A program made the translations under genes and the position numbers. A stretch of DNA of 64,000 nucleotides, from NCBI RefSeq assembly GCF_006345805.1, contig NC_043006.1:101494001-101558000 (forward strand). The letters are read 5' to 3'. Position 1 is the stretch's first letter. Every line of letters starts with the position of its first letter. Positions 41,400-55,514 of this stretch are shown here, piece after piece. The notes under the pieces were generated by a model. The model ran no database searches, was not told the DNA's origin, and was given only the letters and a program-made list of their open reading frames with translations. The stretch is from Octopus sinensis (lineage: Eukaryota).

Positions 41400-41520
41400 A
41401 GCTTTGTTTTCCATTTGTGTCTTTTGTTGTTCGAAAGAAGAGTTCATGCTCCATGTACTCATGCTTCGTATTTTGTTATACATGTTTCATGACTTCCTGT
41501 GCCAACATATGTATACACAT
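41400..41520 (+). repeat. ~120-bp diverged repeat also present at about 42048-42175
   Basis: TTGTTTTCCATTTGTGTCTTT..GTTGTTC..CCATGTACTC.TGCTT..CATGA...CCTGTGCC.ACATATGTATA shared. Both copies end in TA repeats. Confidence 0.75.
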
Positions 41521-42212
41521 ACATGCACATACACACACACACACATAATTTATATTATTGTATGATTGAACACGATACATCCTCTTCCAAGTAAGTTTTA
41601 TCTTAATAATTCTGATGCACACTCTATTCGATCTTTTCTCTTTTTTTCTCTCTCATATTTTTTTACCTCATCTTATCCCACTATTCTGTCCTATTATTCT
41701 GTCACTCTCTCTCCTTCACTCCTCCTCCCTTGCTTACGTGGCTCCCACATGACCATCAACCATCTTTCTTTCTCTCTGTTCTAGCTGGAATGAGGAAGAC
41801 ATGTTCTTGTTTGTCTCCTGCCCTAGCTTGATTTACGCGTTGGCCACCATAGTCTCGTTTAGGCTTAGCAGTTCTTCCTGTTTCTCTTCCCTGTCCTGTT
41901 TGTGTTACCTATTTTGACCCTCTGCAAAATCCCAAATTTTATTCAATTTGCTTTACGGAAGCAACTGCTTTATCAAGTTAAACACTCGAAATATGAGACT
42001 AGAAAAACAGCCAACAACTGATGAAGGGTCATTCTTTATGTTGTTTGCTTTTGTTTTCCATTTGTGTCTTTCGTTGTTCAAACGATTATTTCATGTTCCA
42101 TGTACTCGTGCTTTGTACTTTTTTATTGTACACGTTTCATGATGCCCTGTGCCCACATATGTATATATATACGTATAGATGTATGTATGTACATAGACGT
42201 ATGTGTATATGC

Positions 42213-42248
<36 letters not shown>

Positions 42249-42258
42249 GTGTCCCCAT

Positions 42259-44381
42259 GGATGATGGTGCACTTGCTTTTAATGATCCAGAAAAGGAAGA
42301 GGCTTGAAGAAACCATTATGAAAGATTGGTGATTGTGGAGAATGAATGGGAGGAGGAGAGCCTGCCAAATGTTGATCCAGTAGAGGCACCATCTATCCGA
42401 ATAGACAGCACCCTGATACATAAAGCAATTAAGGGTATGAAGCTAGGAAAAGCCCTTGGCCCATCAGGAATCGCCACTGAGATCCTTTAAACATCTGGTG
42501 GTGAGGGCCATGGCCTAGTCACCCGTATTGTAAACTAGGTGGTTCATGATGGAGTCATACCCAATGACTGGCACAGCAGCACCTTAGTCAACTGTTACAA
42601 AAGTAAAGGTGAGGCATTAGATAGAAATAACTATAGGGTTATCAAACTGCTGGACCGGGTGATGAAGGTCACAGAGAGGGTTTTAGCCCAACTAATTAGG
42701 GACAGAGTCTGCTTAGATGAGATGCAGTTCGGTTTTGTGCTATATTCCTGGTACAGCAACTGCAGCAGAAATACCTAGCCAAAAATAAACCCCTGTATTT
42801 GGCTTTTGTAGACTTAGAGAAACCCTTTGACAGGGACCCTCGATCTCTTATCTAGTGAGCAATGCAGAAACTGGGGATTGCCGAATGGTTAATAAGGGCT
42901 GTACAGGCTCTATACAGAGATGTTGTTAATAGGTTTAGGATTGGAAATGAGTATAGTGAAGAATTCTTGGTAGAAGTAGGGATCCACCAAGGATCAGCCC
43001 TCAGCCCCCTCTTATTTATCATAGTCCTCTAGACAATAACACAGGAATTTAAGACGAGTTGCTCCTAGGAGCTCCTCTATGCTGATAACCTGGCCCTCAT
43101 AGCAGAATCACTACCAGAACTAGAGAAGAAACTTCAAGTGTGGAAGCAAGGTTTAGAATCAAAGGACCTTAGAGCTATTGATGAAAGACCAAAGTTCTAG
43201 TAAAAGGAACACATTACACACCCCTTCAGGTAGGTGGCCCTGCTTGATCTGTAAAAAAGGTGTAGGTAGAAACTCCATAAGATGTACCCAGTGTAAGCTA
43301 TGGACACATAAGAGAGATTAACCAGGAAGATAGCTTTCATGTACAGCAGATGCACAAGGGCAATAAACACCACAAATGCTCAGAAAACAGATTCCATCAC
43401 ATGCCAGGGGACAAAACTAGTATTTGATAGCTTCTGCTACCTAGCTAACCAAGTCTGTAGTTGGGGTGGATGCTCAGAGAGTGTTATCACTAGAATAAGA
43501 ATAGCCTGGGCAAAGGTCAGAAAGCTTCTACCCCTACTGGCGACAAAGGGCCACTCACTCAGAGTGAAAGGTAGATTTATGATGCATGTGTGCAAACTAC
43601 CATGCTTCACGGCAGTGAAACATGGTCCATGACTGTGGAGAAATGTTAGACATGAGAAGCATCGGTTGTGGCATGCAAGAGAGACGTTTGTGTTGGTATG
43701 GTCATGTACTGTGGATGGACGAGGAGAGCTGTGTGAAGAAGTGCTACTCCCAAACAGTGGAAGGAATTTGGGGTTGAGGGAGACCCAGAAATACATGGGA
43801 TGAAGTGGTGAAGCATGACCTTCGAACGTTGGGCCTCACAGAGGCAATGACAAAAGAGTGAGACCTCTGGAGGTATGCTGTGACTGAGAAGACCCAGCAA
43901 ATAAAGTGAGTCCACAGCTGTAACCTAGACCAGTGTTGCATAACCAGCCTACTCAAAAGTACCTTGGATTGTAGGGCAACATGCTGTGCTTGAGGAGTCC
44001 TATTGAGTCAAGTACGTCAACATCAGCAATATAAAAATCAAATCAGATGGAAATTGTAGTTGTGACCCCTGTGCTGGTAGCATGTAAAAAACACTCTCTG
44101 GACATGACCGATGCCAGTGCTACTTTGACTGGCTTCTGTGCTGATGGCACATAAAAAGCACCATCTGATCATGGTCAACTGCCTTGCCCCTGTGCCGGTG
44201 GCACATAAAAAGCAGCCACTACACTCACTCACGTAGTTGTTGGTGTTAAGAAGGACATCCAGCTGTAGAATCACTACCAGATCAGATTGGGGCCTGATGC
44301 AGCCTCCTGGCTTCCCAGACCCCAGTTGAACTGTCCAACCCATGCCAGCATGGAAAACGGATGTTAAATAATGATGATGAT
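42259..44381 (+). mobile_element. 5'-truncated RTE-clade LINE: reverse transcriptase pseudo-ORF (to 43909), ~470-bp 3' UTR and (GAT)n tail
   Basis: Translation includes GKALGPSGI, DRNNYRVIKLL, MQFGF, AFVDLEKPFDR, GIHQGSALSPLLF, LLYADNL (43078-43089), SFCYL, RIRIAWAK and GRPRNTWDEVVKHDL. Many stops and frameshifts; no endonuclease domain. Confidence 0.92.
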
Positions 44382-44699
44382 ATATATGTATTGAAGGGGT
44401 ATTTTGGTTATCGCATTTACACTCCATTTCAGCAATAATTACAGAATTCTCCCAAGTAAATGAAGAGAGAAATTTTCATTAGGTTTCTATTCATATCTAC
44501 TATGGAATTATCCCTCCGAGAAAATAATAAATACAGAAGATTATTATTAGTTAATTTAAACAATAAAATTTTTTATACCGGCCGATTCTAAGTAGATAAA
44601 AGAGTAGTTGTATTGAAGATGTAATTGTTTATATATTTTTTGTTGTAATTACACGTAGAAGGCATAGATGTTTAATTATATACATTTATATACACACAT

Positions 44700-45130
44700 A
44701 TGTTATTATTGTATGTTGTGATGACAAGAAACTATCTTGGATATCAAAGGGTTTTAATTGGTATGTGTTTGAGATATAATGCAGTGAATTTCGATGCTTG
44801 TGGATTGCTCTTACTGGATTGTATCATCCGTTAAAATGCTTTTGTTGATTTTTTAATTGTAATTGATGTAAGATTGAATAGTTAGACATTTGAACTAATT
44901 TTTACAATCCAGCCGTCCTTCCAGACGGAATTTTGTCTTTCTGAACCAATGGACCCTGAAGTGACTTATATATAATGGACCTGTGATTATGTATATCAGA
45001 AAAAATATATATTAGTCGAAACAATTTCTTGGCCTTTTATAATTTTTATAATTATTTATATAATATTATGTTATGTTATATATTATATTCATAGTATTTA
45101 ATGTAATATTGTAATCTAAATAAATTATTG
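44700..45130 (+). mobile_element. Probable Penelope-like 3' terminal region with a hammerhead-like motif
   Basis: Non-coding AT-rich segment containing GGACC-CTGAAG-T-GACTTATATATA...TATATATTAGTC-GAAA-CAATTTC (44951-45034). The PLE assignment is inferred from this motif only. Confidence 0.4.
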
Positions 45131-45278
45131 AATGTCAATAGAATATCTCTATATTTAATTTATCTATACTATTGAATTATTCCAGTATTTATATGGTATC
45201 CAACTGAAGTACCAGTGAATTGGATGTTTAACACACCCTTTTGAAGCATTTCCTTTCCTCAGTTTGTTACTTTATATA

Positions 45279-45313
<35 letters not shown>

Positions 45314-45316
<3 letters not shown>

Positions 45317-45642
45317 GGCACATGGCTCAGTGGTTAGAGTGTTGAGCTAACGATCATGAGATTGTGAACTCAATTCCCGGACTGGGCTGCATGTTATGTT
45401 CTTGAGCAAGACACTTTATTTTCATCTTGCTCCAGTTAATTCAACTGTAGAAATGGGTTGCGATATCACTGGTGCCAAGTTGTATTGGCTTTTGATTTGG
45501 ATAACATCAGTGGTGTGGAAAGGGGAGGCTGGTAAGCATGAGTGACTGCTGCCCTCCCATAGACAACCTTGACTGAACTTGTACCTCGGAGGGTAAGTTT
45601 CTAGGTGCAATCCCATGGTCATTCATGACTGAAGGCGGTCTC
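45314..45642 (+). mobile_element. tRNA-derived SINE, family B
   Basis: A-box TGGCTCAGTGG. Colinear with 418-760 over the full length; inserted after (TG)n. Confidence 0.9.
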
Positions 45643-46642
45643 CTCCTCTGTATATATACATATATATATATTATATGTATGTATAGACACACATTCAATG
45701 CAAGCATTATCTGACGTTAGTACTCAATAATCAGAGTATAGCAGTTGGATATGTTTACTATATCAAAAAGTGACTGTTTACTTGAGTTTTGTTAACGGAA
45801 CTGATAGTTGTAATCAGCTGTTAAATGAAACTTGAGTAAACCATCACTGTGATATAATATGATACAATGCATGCACACACTCACTCACACATGTGCACAC
45901 GCACATACAGACACACACACACACACACACATACACACAACAATTGGGATACATTTTATGACAGAAATAACTCACAACATCTCAATACAAAATCTATTCG
46001 GTGTTCGCACCCTTTTAAAGAAAATGGTGTTGTAGCATAATACTTAACATCCAAGTACATGCAACAGACAATGAATCTAATCTGATTAAAAGTATATAAA
46101 GACTTGAGCCTTCAAAGTTTCAGGAGATATGTCATACACATTCATTAACTATACAGTTCAATGCGAATGACCATCTCATTCACATATCATCAGTGTTGCC
46201 TTCAGGTGGAATAATTCCTAAGGTAATGTTTCATGCATTAAAATTCTGGTGCAATTTGCTTATGTCTATAGTGATGTCAAGAATAAACAGTAGCTAAAGA
46301 TTTTATCATGTTTATTAATCAAACATAAATTTGAGTATTGGTCAAGTTTTACTGCCTTAATTCTCTTGCAGCCATGTTTATGAAGTTCACTGTCCATGAA
46401 GGATTCAGTAAGATAGCTAGATTATTTATTAAATCTAAAAACAGCCCAACACAGCAACCATAACTTTTGGAAACTGTTTTTTTTTCTGCTCAGATCTATC
46501 ACAGTATGAAATAAAAGAAACTACTCCGGCTAGTTGTTAGCTGACAAGACAATGCATCCTTCAAAAATTCCATGCATTTTGAAATTCACTAGCACTATTC
46601 CTTAAATGCCTATGCACCCTTTCCTCTTTATTGTTCTTTTAA

Positions 46643-46863
46643 CCCTTTTGTTACCATATTTCTGTTGAGGTGCTCTGTGTTTTTTCTCAATTAATTTTAA
46701 ATATAAGAAAGAATTTAGTAAAATAACTTTATCATTAAGCTAGTGTTAGGAACATAAAATGTGACTAAGGTTTGGTGAAAGATTTTAATTCAGAACTTCA
46801 GAAAACAAAGACATTTGTACTTCAGAGCCAGAGGCAGTTTCAGGTGGGTTGGTATCAAAAGGG
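46643..46863. mobile_element. piggyBac-type MITE family 2 (221 bp, intact ends)
   Basis: TTAA at 46639-46642 and 46864-46867. TIRs CCCTTTTGTTACC / GGTATCAAAAGGG. Confidence 0.9.
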
Positions 46864-47409
46864 TTAATGTTCTCTTTTCTATGTTTTATTGTATATACTG
46901 TGGGTGCTCTCTATGCTTTCAAAGCTGTCTTTATTTCTTTGACCCTTGCTCCTTTCTTACCCTTTGCTGATGATAGGTAATGTGCTTTCGTACAGTATAT
47001 AATAAGCTCATTATTATTATTAAGCTGGTACTTAAAACTCCTTGAGAAAATTATCTACATAGACTTCAAAATGACCTGTTTTATATCACAAAACCAGGAA
47101 TGGTCTCAGGTATGTTAATATGAAAAAGGTTAATTGTATCTCATGGCAATTATTTATATATAAGGTTATTATTAATATATAAAAAAAAAAAATCATTTGT
47201 CATCACATATGACTTGAATGCACCACTGGAAAAAAATTCTAGATGTTATATACTAGTAATTGGAAAACTTTTGAAGACAAACTCAAGATATCTTGATGCA
47301 AAAATCAATATATGTAAACAACAAAGTGCACAACATTTCAAGAAAATTATGCTTATTGCTTATCATCCAAATACACGCAAAAGGCAGGATACATGTTTCA
47401 TCTTCTATG

Positions 47410-47812
47410 TGTTTTAGTTCTTTAAACTACAGCCATGCTGGGGTACCACAGGGAAGAATTTCTGTTGAATGAATTGACCCTAGTACTTTTTCTTTTCTGA
47501 AGCCTGCTACTTATTTTATCAGTCTCTTTTGCCTAACTGCTAACTTATGGGGATGTAAACACACCATCACTTGTTGCCAAGCAGTGATGAGGGACAAACA
47601 CAGACACAAAGACACTCTCCAACATACACACACACACACACACATACATACATACATACATACATACATACAAATGGGTTTCTCTCAGTTTCTGTCTAAC
47701 AAATTCACTCATAAGGCTTTGGTCAGCTTGAGGCTTATAGTAGAATCACTTGCTCAAGGTGCTATGCTGTGACTGAACCCAGGACCATGAGGCTGGGAAG
47801 CAAACTTCTTAA
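47410..47812 (-). mobile_element. SINE family A
   Basis: Colinear with 61597-62000, with internal (CA)/(TACA) repeat. Confidence 0.85.
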
Positions 47813-48044
47813 CGCAAGCACATCTGTTGAAAATTGATGTATAGAAGTTATGCGCTCATATAAGAAGGGCTTTTGTTGTTTTTGCAAATTTTACTCCCTC
47901 AACATTGCTTGACCTGAATGTCTGAGAGAAATCACTCACTCCAAATGGTGGGATTGAACTTGGAACAATGTAGTTCATATGAAGTCTTAACCACACAGTA
48001 ATGTCTGTACCTGTAGCTATTTGGGAAATAAACATCTCATCCCG

Positions 48045-48440
48045 TCTGCTTTACTCATTTATTCCTGAGAGGATCCTAGGGGGCAGAGTTCTCATGCATG
48101 CCTTCCATTGGGTCCTGTCAGAAGCAGCTGTCTCCAGTTGACCCAGCAAAATCCCCAAGCAAAGCCAACTGAGCTCATGGAAGTTATCTATCCATCTTGC
48201 TTGTGGTCTGCTACTGGATCTCCTGCCATTTGGATTTTTGCCCATAAAATCCATTCTGTGATTCTTTTCCAAGACATTTACCCTATGTCTGTAGTATTGG
48301 AGCTAAGATCTCTCAATTTGGAGAAGTTGTGGCCCTAACTGGAGCGCTTCTCTGATCTCTGACCTACTCACTCTATCGAGTAACATTACTCCAAAGACCT
48401 CAGATTCCATTGAAGTATTATTTTGAAACACTTTCAACCC
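48045..48440 (-). mobile_element. RTE LINE ORF2 C-terminal fragment (different subfamily from 42259)
   Basis: ORF pieces LLDRVSRSEIREALQLGPQLLQIERS and GRRSSSRPQARWIDNFHELSW..LETAASDRTQWKACMRTLPPR match the RTE C-terminal pattern DRVxxxEIR / GRPxxRW / AxDRxxW. Confidence 0.75.
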
Positions 48441-48499
48441 TTTAAATAGCCATTTTTTTCTCTCAACTCTATGCTTAACTTCCATCTTACATTTACATC

Positions 48500-50400
<1,901 letters not shown>

Positions 50401-51063
50401 CGTCAGAAATTAGTTGAATGTACTGGAACAAAAAGGTTGAAATTGCCTTTGTTTGCTTCTTGTTTGTTTTCTTTTTCCATTTTTAAAAAGAAAATTAAAT
50501 TTTTTTAACTTTATAACTAATCTATATCAAAAGTAGTATAGCCATTTTATTTATTATTATTTTTTTTTTTTACTCTTTACACATTTTATTCAGTATTGAA
50601 CTGTTGTGTGATGGAGCCAGCTTTTAACATCACACATTTTTTGTGCTAGAGTACAGTCAAAGCAAACTTCCAGTGAACTATATCTGCAACCTAGTTTTCA
50701 TTCTAACTTGTTGCAATGTATAGATATATATTTTTTTCTATACTACTAATCCTTATCAGAAAGACTATCAGTACAGTGGGATGGCATTATCTTTACTCTT
50801 TTAATACTTTGAAAATCAACTGAACTTTAATATATCATCTTCATCTTCCTTATCATTGTTCAGCAGATTTTCCTATAGCTGCATGCTCTTCCTGTCACAT
50901 ACACTCATCTGCTTCCAAGGCAAGGTTATATTTCTCCCAGTCCAAACTAGATTTCATAGGGAATTGTAAACAAATAACAGTTTTGTAGGCCAGTGATACC
51001 TGTTTCTGATCAATGCACATGTATTAAGACAAGGGGAACACTCTCTCTTTTTCACATGCACAC

Positions 51064-51255
51064 ATGCAAGGAAACTCATACACACACATGCAAGGAAACT
51101 CATACACACACATGCAAGGAAACTCATACACACACATGCAGACACACTCATACACACACATGCAAGGAAACTCATACACACACATGCAGACACACTCATA
51201 CACACACATGCAAGGAAACTCATACACACACATGCAGACACACTCATGTGCACAC
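51064..51255. repeat. 24-bp minisatellite, 8 units, two variants arranged AAABABAB
   Basis: A = ATGCAAGGAAACTCATACACACAC, B = ATGCAGACACACTCATACACACAC. Visible as MQGNSYTH / MQTHSYTH repeats in the ORF track. Confidence 0.95.
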
Positions 51256-52064
51256 AACACACATCATGGAGATACCATCTACCAAATTTCGTTTCCAAAG
51301 TACTGGTCACCCTGCAGTTATATTAGAAGAAACTCACTGACAGCATTTTTACAAGGAATGGATTCAGAACCAGTTTGCTCCAATCTAAAATGTCTAAACT
51401 ACACAACCAAGCATGTACCTAATAACCTTTAAAATATAATTTTAAAAAAAACCCACATGATTTTGTTACATGAAAAGAGACAACACTAAGATATTACATT
51501 TTGATGGTAAATTATGATTTCATTTTGCAGCACTGTTTCAGCTCAATTATGTTACGATGATGATGATGCAGTATTTTGCAGCTATTTAGGCTGGATAGGA
51601 TGTGATACTGAAGAAGAAGAAGCAAGAAATCCTAAAATATGTCATATATACACCCACTACCTATTTCTCTATCTTCAATCACATTGTTTACTTAGTCTAT
51701 TCATATATGAAATTTCATAACTTTCAGTGCTAGCTTTAATTTCTATTAAAAAAAAATCTGTAGAAATAATTTAAAAAGGCCTAAGTGACTTTGGTTAGGG
51801 CTGTTCATCTGTAGTTTTAATTCTATAACATGAAATTATGTTTGTTCTTATCAGTCCTTGGTTAATTAGTTTGCTTTGGTGTTTTAAATCAGATTGTTTC
51901 AAAGATTTTATTTTGAAATTTCACTTACAAATTAAAAATTATCTCCAAAGATGTATCAGTGTCACATCACTATCATTCTGTCAAGATTTATGGAAATAGG
52001 TGTTCCCCCAATCAAGGAATTCCTCTGCTTTCTTTCTTCATGCTAAATTATATCTTTTATTTCT

Positions 52065-52418
52065 TTTCTTTTACTCATTTCAGTCATTAGACTGTGGCCA
52101 TACTGGGGCACCACCTTGAAGAATTTTTAGTTGAATGAATTGAGCCCAGTACTTTTTTTTTTTAAAGACTGATACTTATTCTATTGGTTACTTTTGCTGA
52201 ACTGCTGAGTTATAAGAACTTAAACCTATCAACACCAGTTGTCAGATGGTGGTGGTTGGATAAACAGACACATACACACAGGGCTTCTTTTAGTTTCTGT
52301 TTATTAAATCCACTAAAGGCTATAATAGAAGACATTTGCCCAAGTTGCCATGCAGTGGGACTGAACCCAGAACCATGTGGTTGGGAAGCTAGCTTCTTAC
52401 TACACAACCATACCTGTG
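52065..52418 (-). mobile_element. SINE family A
   Basis: Colinear with 61597-62000. Confidence 0.85.
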
Positions 52419-52459
52419 CCTATATGTGCATACATATGAACTTGTGGATGAGAGGAGCT

Positions 52460-53200
52460 GCATTTTTTCCTGAGTGCTAACGATTCTGCCAGCTCACTAC
52501 CTTCATATAATAGTAATAATAATGATAATCCTTTCTACTGAAATTTTGGGGGAGGTGGTTAGTCAACTACATCGACCTCACTACTTAACTGATACTTACT
52601 TCATCGACTCCAAAAGGATGAAAGGCAAAGGTGACCTTGGCAGAATTTGAATTCACAACTTAAAGACAGATGAAATACTGCTAAGCATCTTGTCTGATAT
52701 GCTAAATAATCTTTTCTAATATAGGCACAAGGGCTGAAATTTTTGGGGAGGGTCTAGTTAATTACAGCAACCCCAGTGCTCAGTTGGTACTTTATTTTAT
52801 CAACACTGAAAGGAAACAAGGCAAAGTTGACCTGGGCAGAATTTGAACTCAGGACATAAAGATGGTTGTAATGCTGCTATGCATTTTGTCTGGTGTGAAC
52901 CATTCTGCCAGCTCACCTCAATAATAATAATAACCCTTTCTACTAAAGACACAAGGCCTGAAATTTGGAGGTGGGGACTAGTTGATTACATCGACCCCAG
53001 TGTTTCACTAGTACTTAATTTATTGACCCTAAAAGGATGAAAGGTTAAGTCAACCTCAGCGGTATTTGAACTCCGGATGTGAAAACGGACAAAATACCAC
53101 TCAGCATTTTGCCTGATGTACTAATGATTCTGCCAGCTCACAAACTTAATAATAATAATAATAATTCAAAATATTGGCACAGGGCCATAAATTTTGAAGG
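52460..53200 (-). mobile_element. Head-to-tail array of SINE family C (3 near-complete and 2 partial copies)
   Basis: Recurrent blocks GAAATTTTGGGG..AGT..ATCGACC..GGATGAAAGG..GACCT..GAATTTGAA..GATTCTGCCAGCTC at about 52530-52705, 52710-52918 and 52935-53142, mostly separated by (AAT)n. Confidence 0.8.
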
Positions 53201-54424
53201 AAAATTAGGTGGAGGAGAACAGCTATTAAATTAAATCAGCCTATGAAAAGATCAATGATCAAGTCTATCCAGGTGGAATTAAAAATTAAAATGTTAAAGG
53301 CTTGCTTAGTATCTTCTGCAGTGCTCATTTGTTACTGCTATTCACAACCCTAATGATACTAATAGTCATATTATGAGTGATGAAAAAAAATTTGAAGTCC
53401 AACATTTTGAGATTTCATTGATAAATAATGTCCACAGATTTTGTTTTATGTTCATTTTCTTGTGCTTGCCTACGTTGGATGAATATGTTGTTTAGAGCAT
53501 TGTTTTACAGTCAGATGCCCTTCCTGACACAACTTCCTTAGCAAATGGGCACAGTTCAATTCTTTGTATTTCTCAGTTCAGATCCTATTAAAAGAGGTTT
53601 TATATTTCATTTCCCCTGAAGTTTGTAATATATATTGGTGTTAAATTATCTGTTTTCCTTGCATAAAAAGAGCAAGCAGTGTGCAGAATGCTTTGGATTG
53701 TGACCTGGTAAAATGTATCATCAAAAGAATTCAAGAGGCATTTAAAACAAAATAATGATTTATGTGAGGATAACAACTATGTTAATTTCTATAATATTTG
53801 TATTTTTCCACCCCACTATTGTGAATAATGCAAACATTTATATATTAAATGAATTTAGTATGATAAAAATTATATTGAAAAATTGTGCTACTTGTTTGTT
53901 CAATATAGCCATCTAAGTATACAGTTCTGTGGGAGTGGTGTGCACTTGATACTCTGTCACCTGATACATTGGGGATGTTACATTAAAGATGCAGAGCATA
54001 AAATCTGCTGGTTTTGAACATATCTAATTTCAATATTTTGAAAGTCATATCCATGTAGTTTAAATATTAAACATTATAATGTGGGAAATTTTGTACATTC
54101 TTTCATTAAATAAATGCCACATGTCTATTATTCAGTATAATGTAAATATCAATAAATGTTACGAAATTACATTTTAAATGTTGTTTTTTCCTGTTGGCAC
54201 AAGGTCATAGACTTTTAAAGAAGAAAAGTCAGCTGTATTGAACAACGACCATATGAATGGAAGATAATGTATAGATACTGGGATTGAGGATTTGAATGTT
54301 GAGGGGCAATACAAGAGATTATAAGGATATTCAATGTTCTACCACTAATCTATTGTTCTATCACTTGAATCAAAAGGATTTCTTTTGATTTAATCCAATT
54401 ATAAAGTTTTTTTAGAGATGTTTT

Positions 54425-54805
54425 TATCATTTACTTGTTTCCTTTGTATGACTGTGACCTTGCTGGGGCTCCACCATGAAGAATTTTAGCTAAAAGAATC
54501 AATCCCAGTCCTTATTTTTTTTAAGCATAGTACTAATTCTATTGGTCCTTTTTGCTGAACTGCTGAGATACAGGGACATAGACACACCAATACTGGTTAC
54601 TAAACAGTAATAGGAGACAGACATAAACACACACTCTCATACACATACACACATATAAACAATGGGCTTCTTTCTGTTTCCACCTATTACATCTACTCAC
54701 AAGGTTTTGATTGCTCCAAGGCTATAGTAGAAGACACTTGCCCATGCAATGGGACTGAACCGAGAACCATGTGGTTGGGAAGCAGGCTTCTTACCACCCA
54801 ACCTA
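54425..54805 (-). mobile_element. SINE family A
   Basis: Colinear with 61597-62000. Confidence 0.85.
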
Positions 54806-54909
54806 CATAATCAACTAAAATTCTTCAGTATATTACTGTTGTTTATTTCATTAATACCAGAAGGATGAACAATGAAATTGACCTTCAGAAAATGTGAAAT
54901 ATATTGAAA

Positions 54910-55308
54910 CTAGCAGTATCGCCCGGCGTTGCTCGGGTTTGTAAGGGAAATAACTATATAAGCATTTTTAGAGAGTTATAGCCAAAAAATAGCAAAAAAA
55001 TGCATTAAAAATGAAAAAGAAATGATGGTAAATGTTTTTAAAAATCGTTGACTCATCGTAGACATTTTTAGAGAGTTATTTCCCTTATATAATAGCGAAA
55101 AAATGCATTAAAATGGAAAAAAAATGATGGTAAATTCTTTTTTTAAATCGTAGACTCATCGTAGATGTGCGCTAATACTCAGAAGGGCTCGATATGAATC
55201 ACGACTATAAGATACCGGTTTTGGTTAAACTGCACCGCATAATGTGGGAGTAGTTAGGAATCTAAATCGTAGGAGACAGACACACAACTTCACTTTTATA
55301 TATAAAGA
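54910..55308 (-). mobile_element. Non-autonomous Helitron (399 bp), young
   Basis: Minus strand begins TC (55308-55307) and ends CTAG (54913-54910), inserted between host A and T with no TSD. GC-rich hairpin CCCGAGCAACGCCGGG (54922-54937) lies 8 bp before the CTAG. CpG-rich. Confidence 0.88.
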
Positions 55309-55514
55309 TATCTATTGAAGTGGCTTATTCTCATGATATCATAGTACTTATTTCAGTGTCCAGTAATTTTCTTTTTTTCAATATTGATTGAAATCTTACA
55401 AATGTAATATATTTTCAATTTGTTTAAATTCTGTAATCATTCAAATAGTGTACCTAAGGAAGGATTTACCCTGGTTATATGGCACTTAAGTTTAAATGTC
55501 TGTTTATTGTGTAA

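Noticed and set aside
51064-51432. Repeat protein (MQGNSYTH)n or CRISPR-like array
   Set aside because: Units are directly adjacent with no unique spacers and no cas genes. ORFs are open on both strands because the period is 24 bp.
51514-51720. Acidic ORF (..DDDDAVFCSYLGWIGCDTEEEEAR..) as an exon
   Set aside because: Acidic runs come from short GAT/GAA repeats; no strong donor and no recognised homology.
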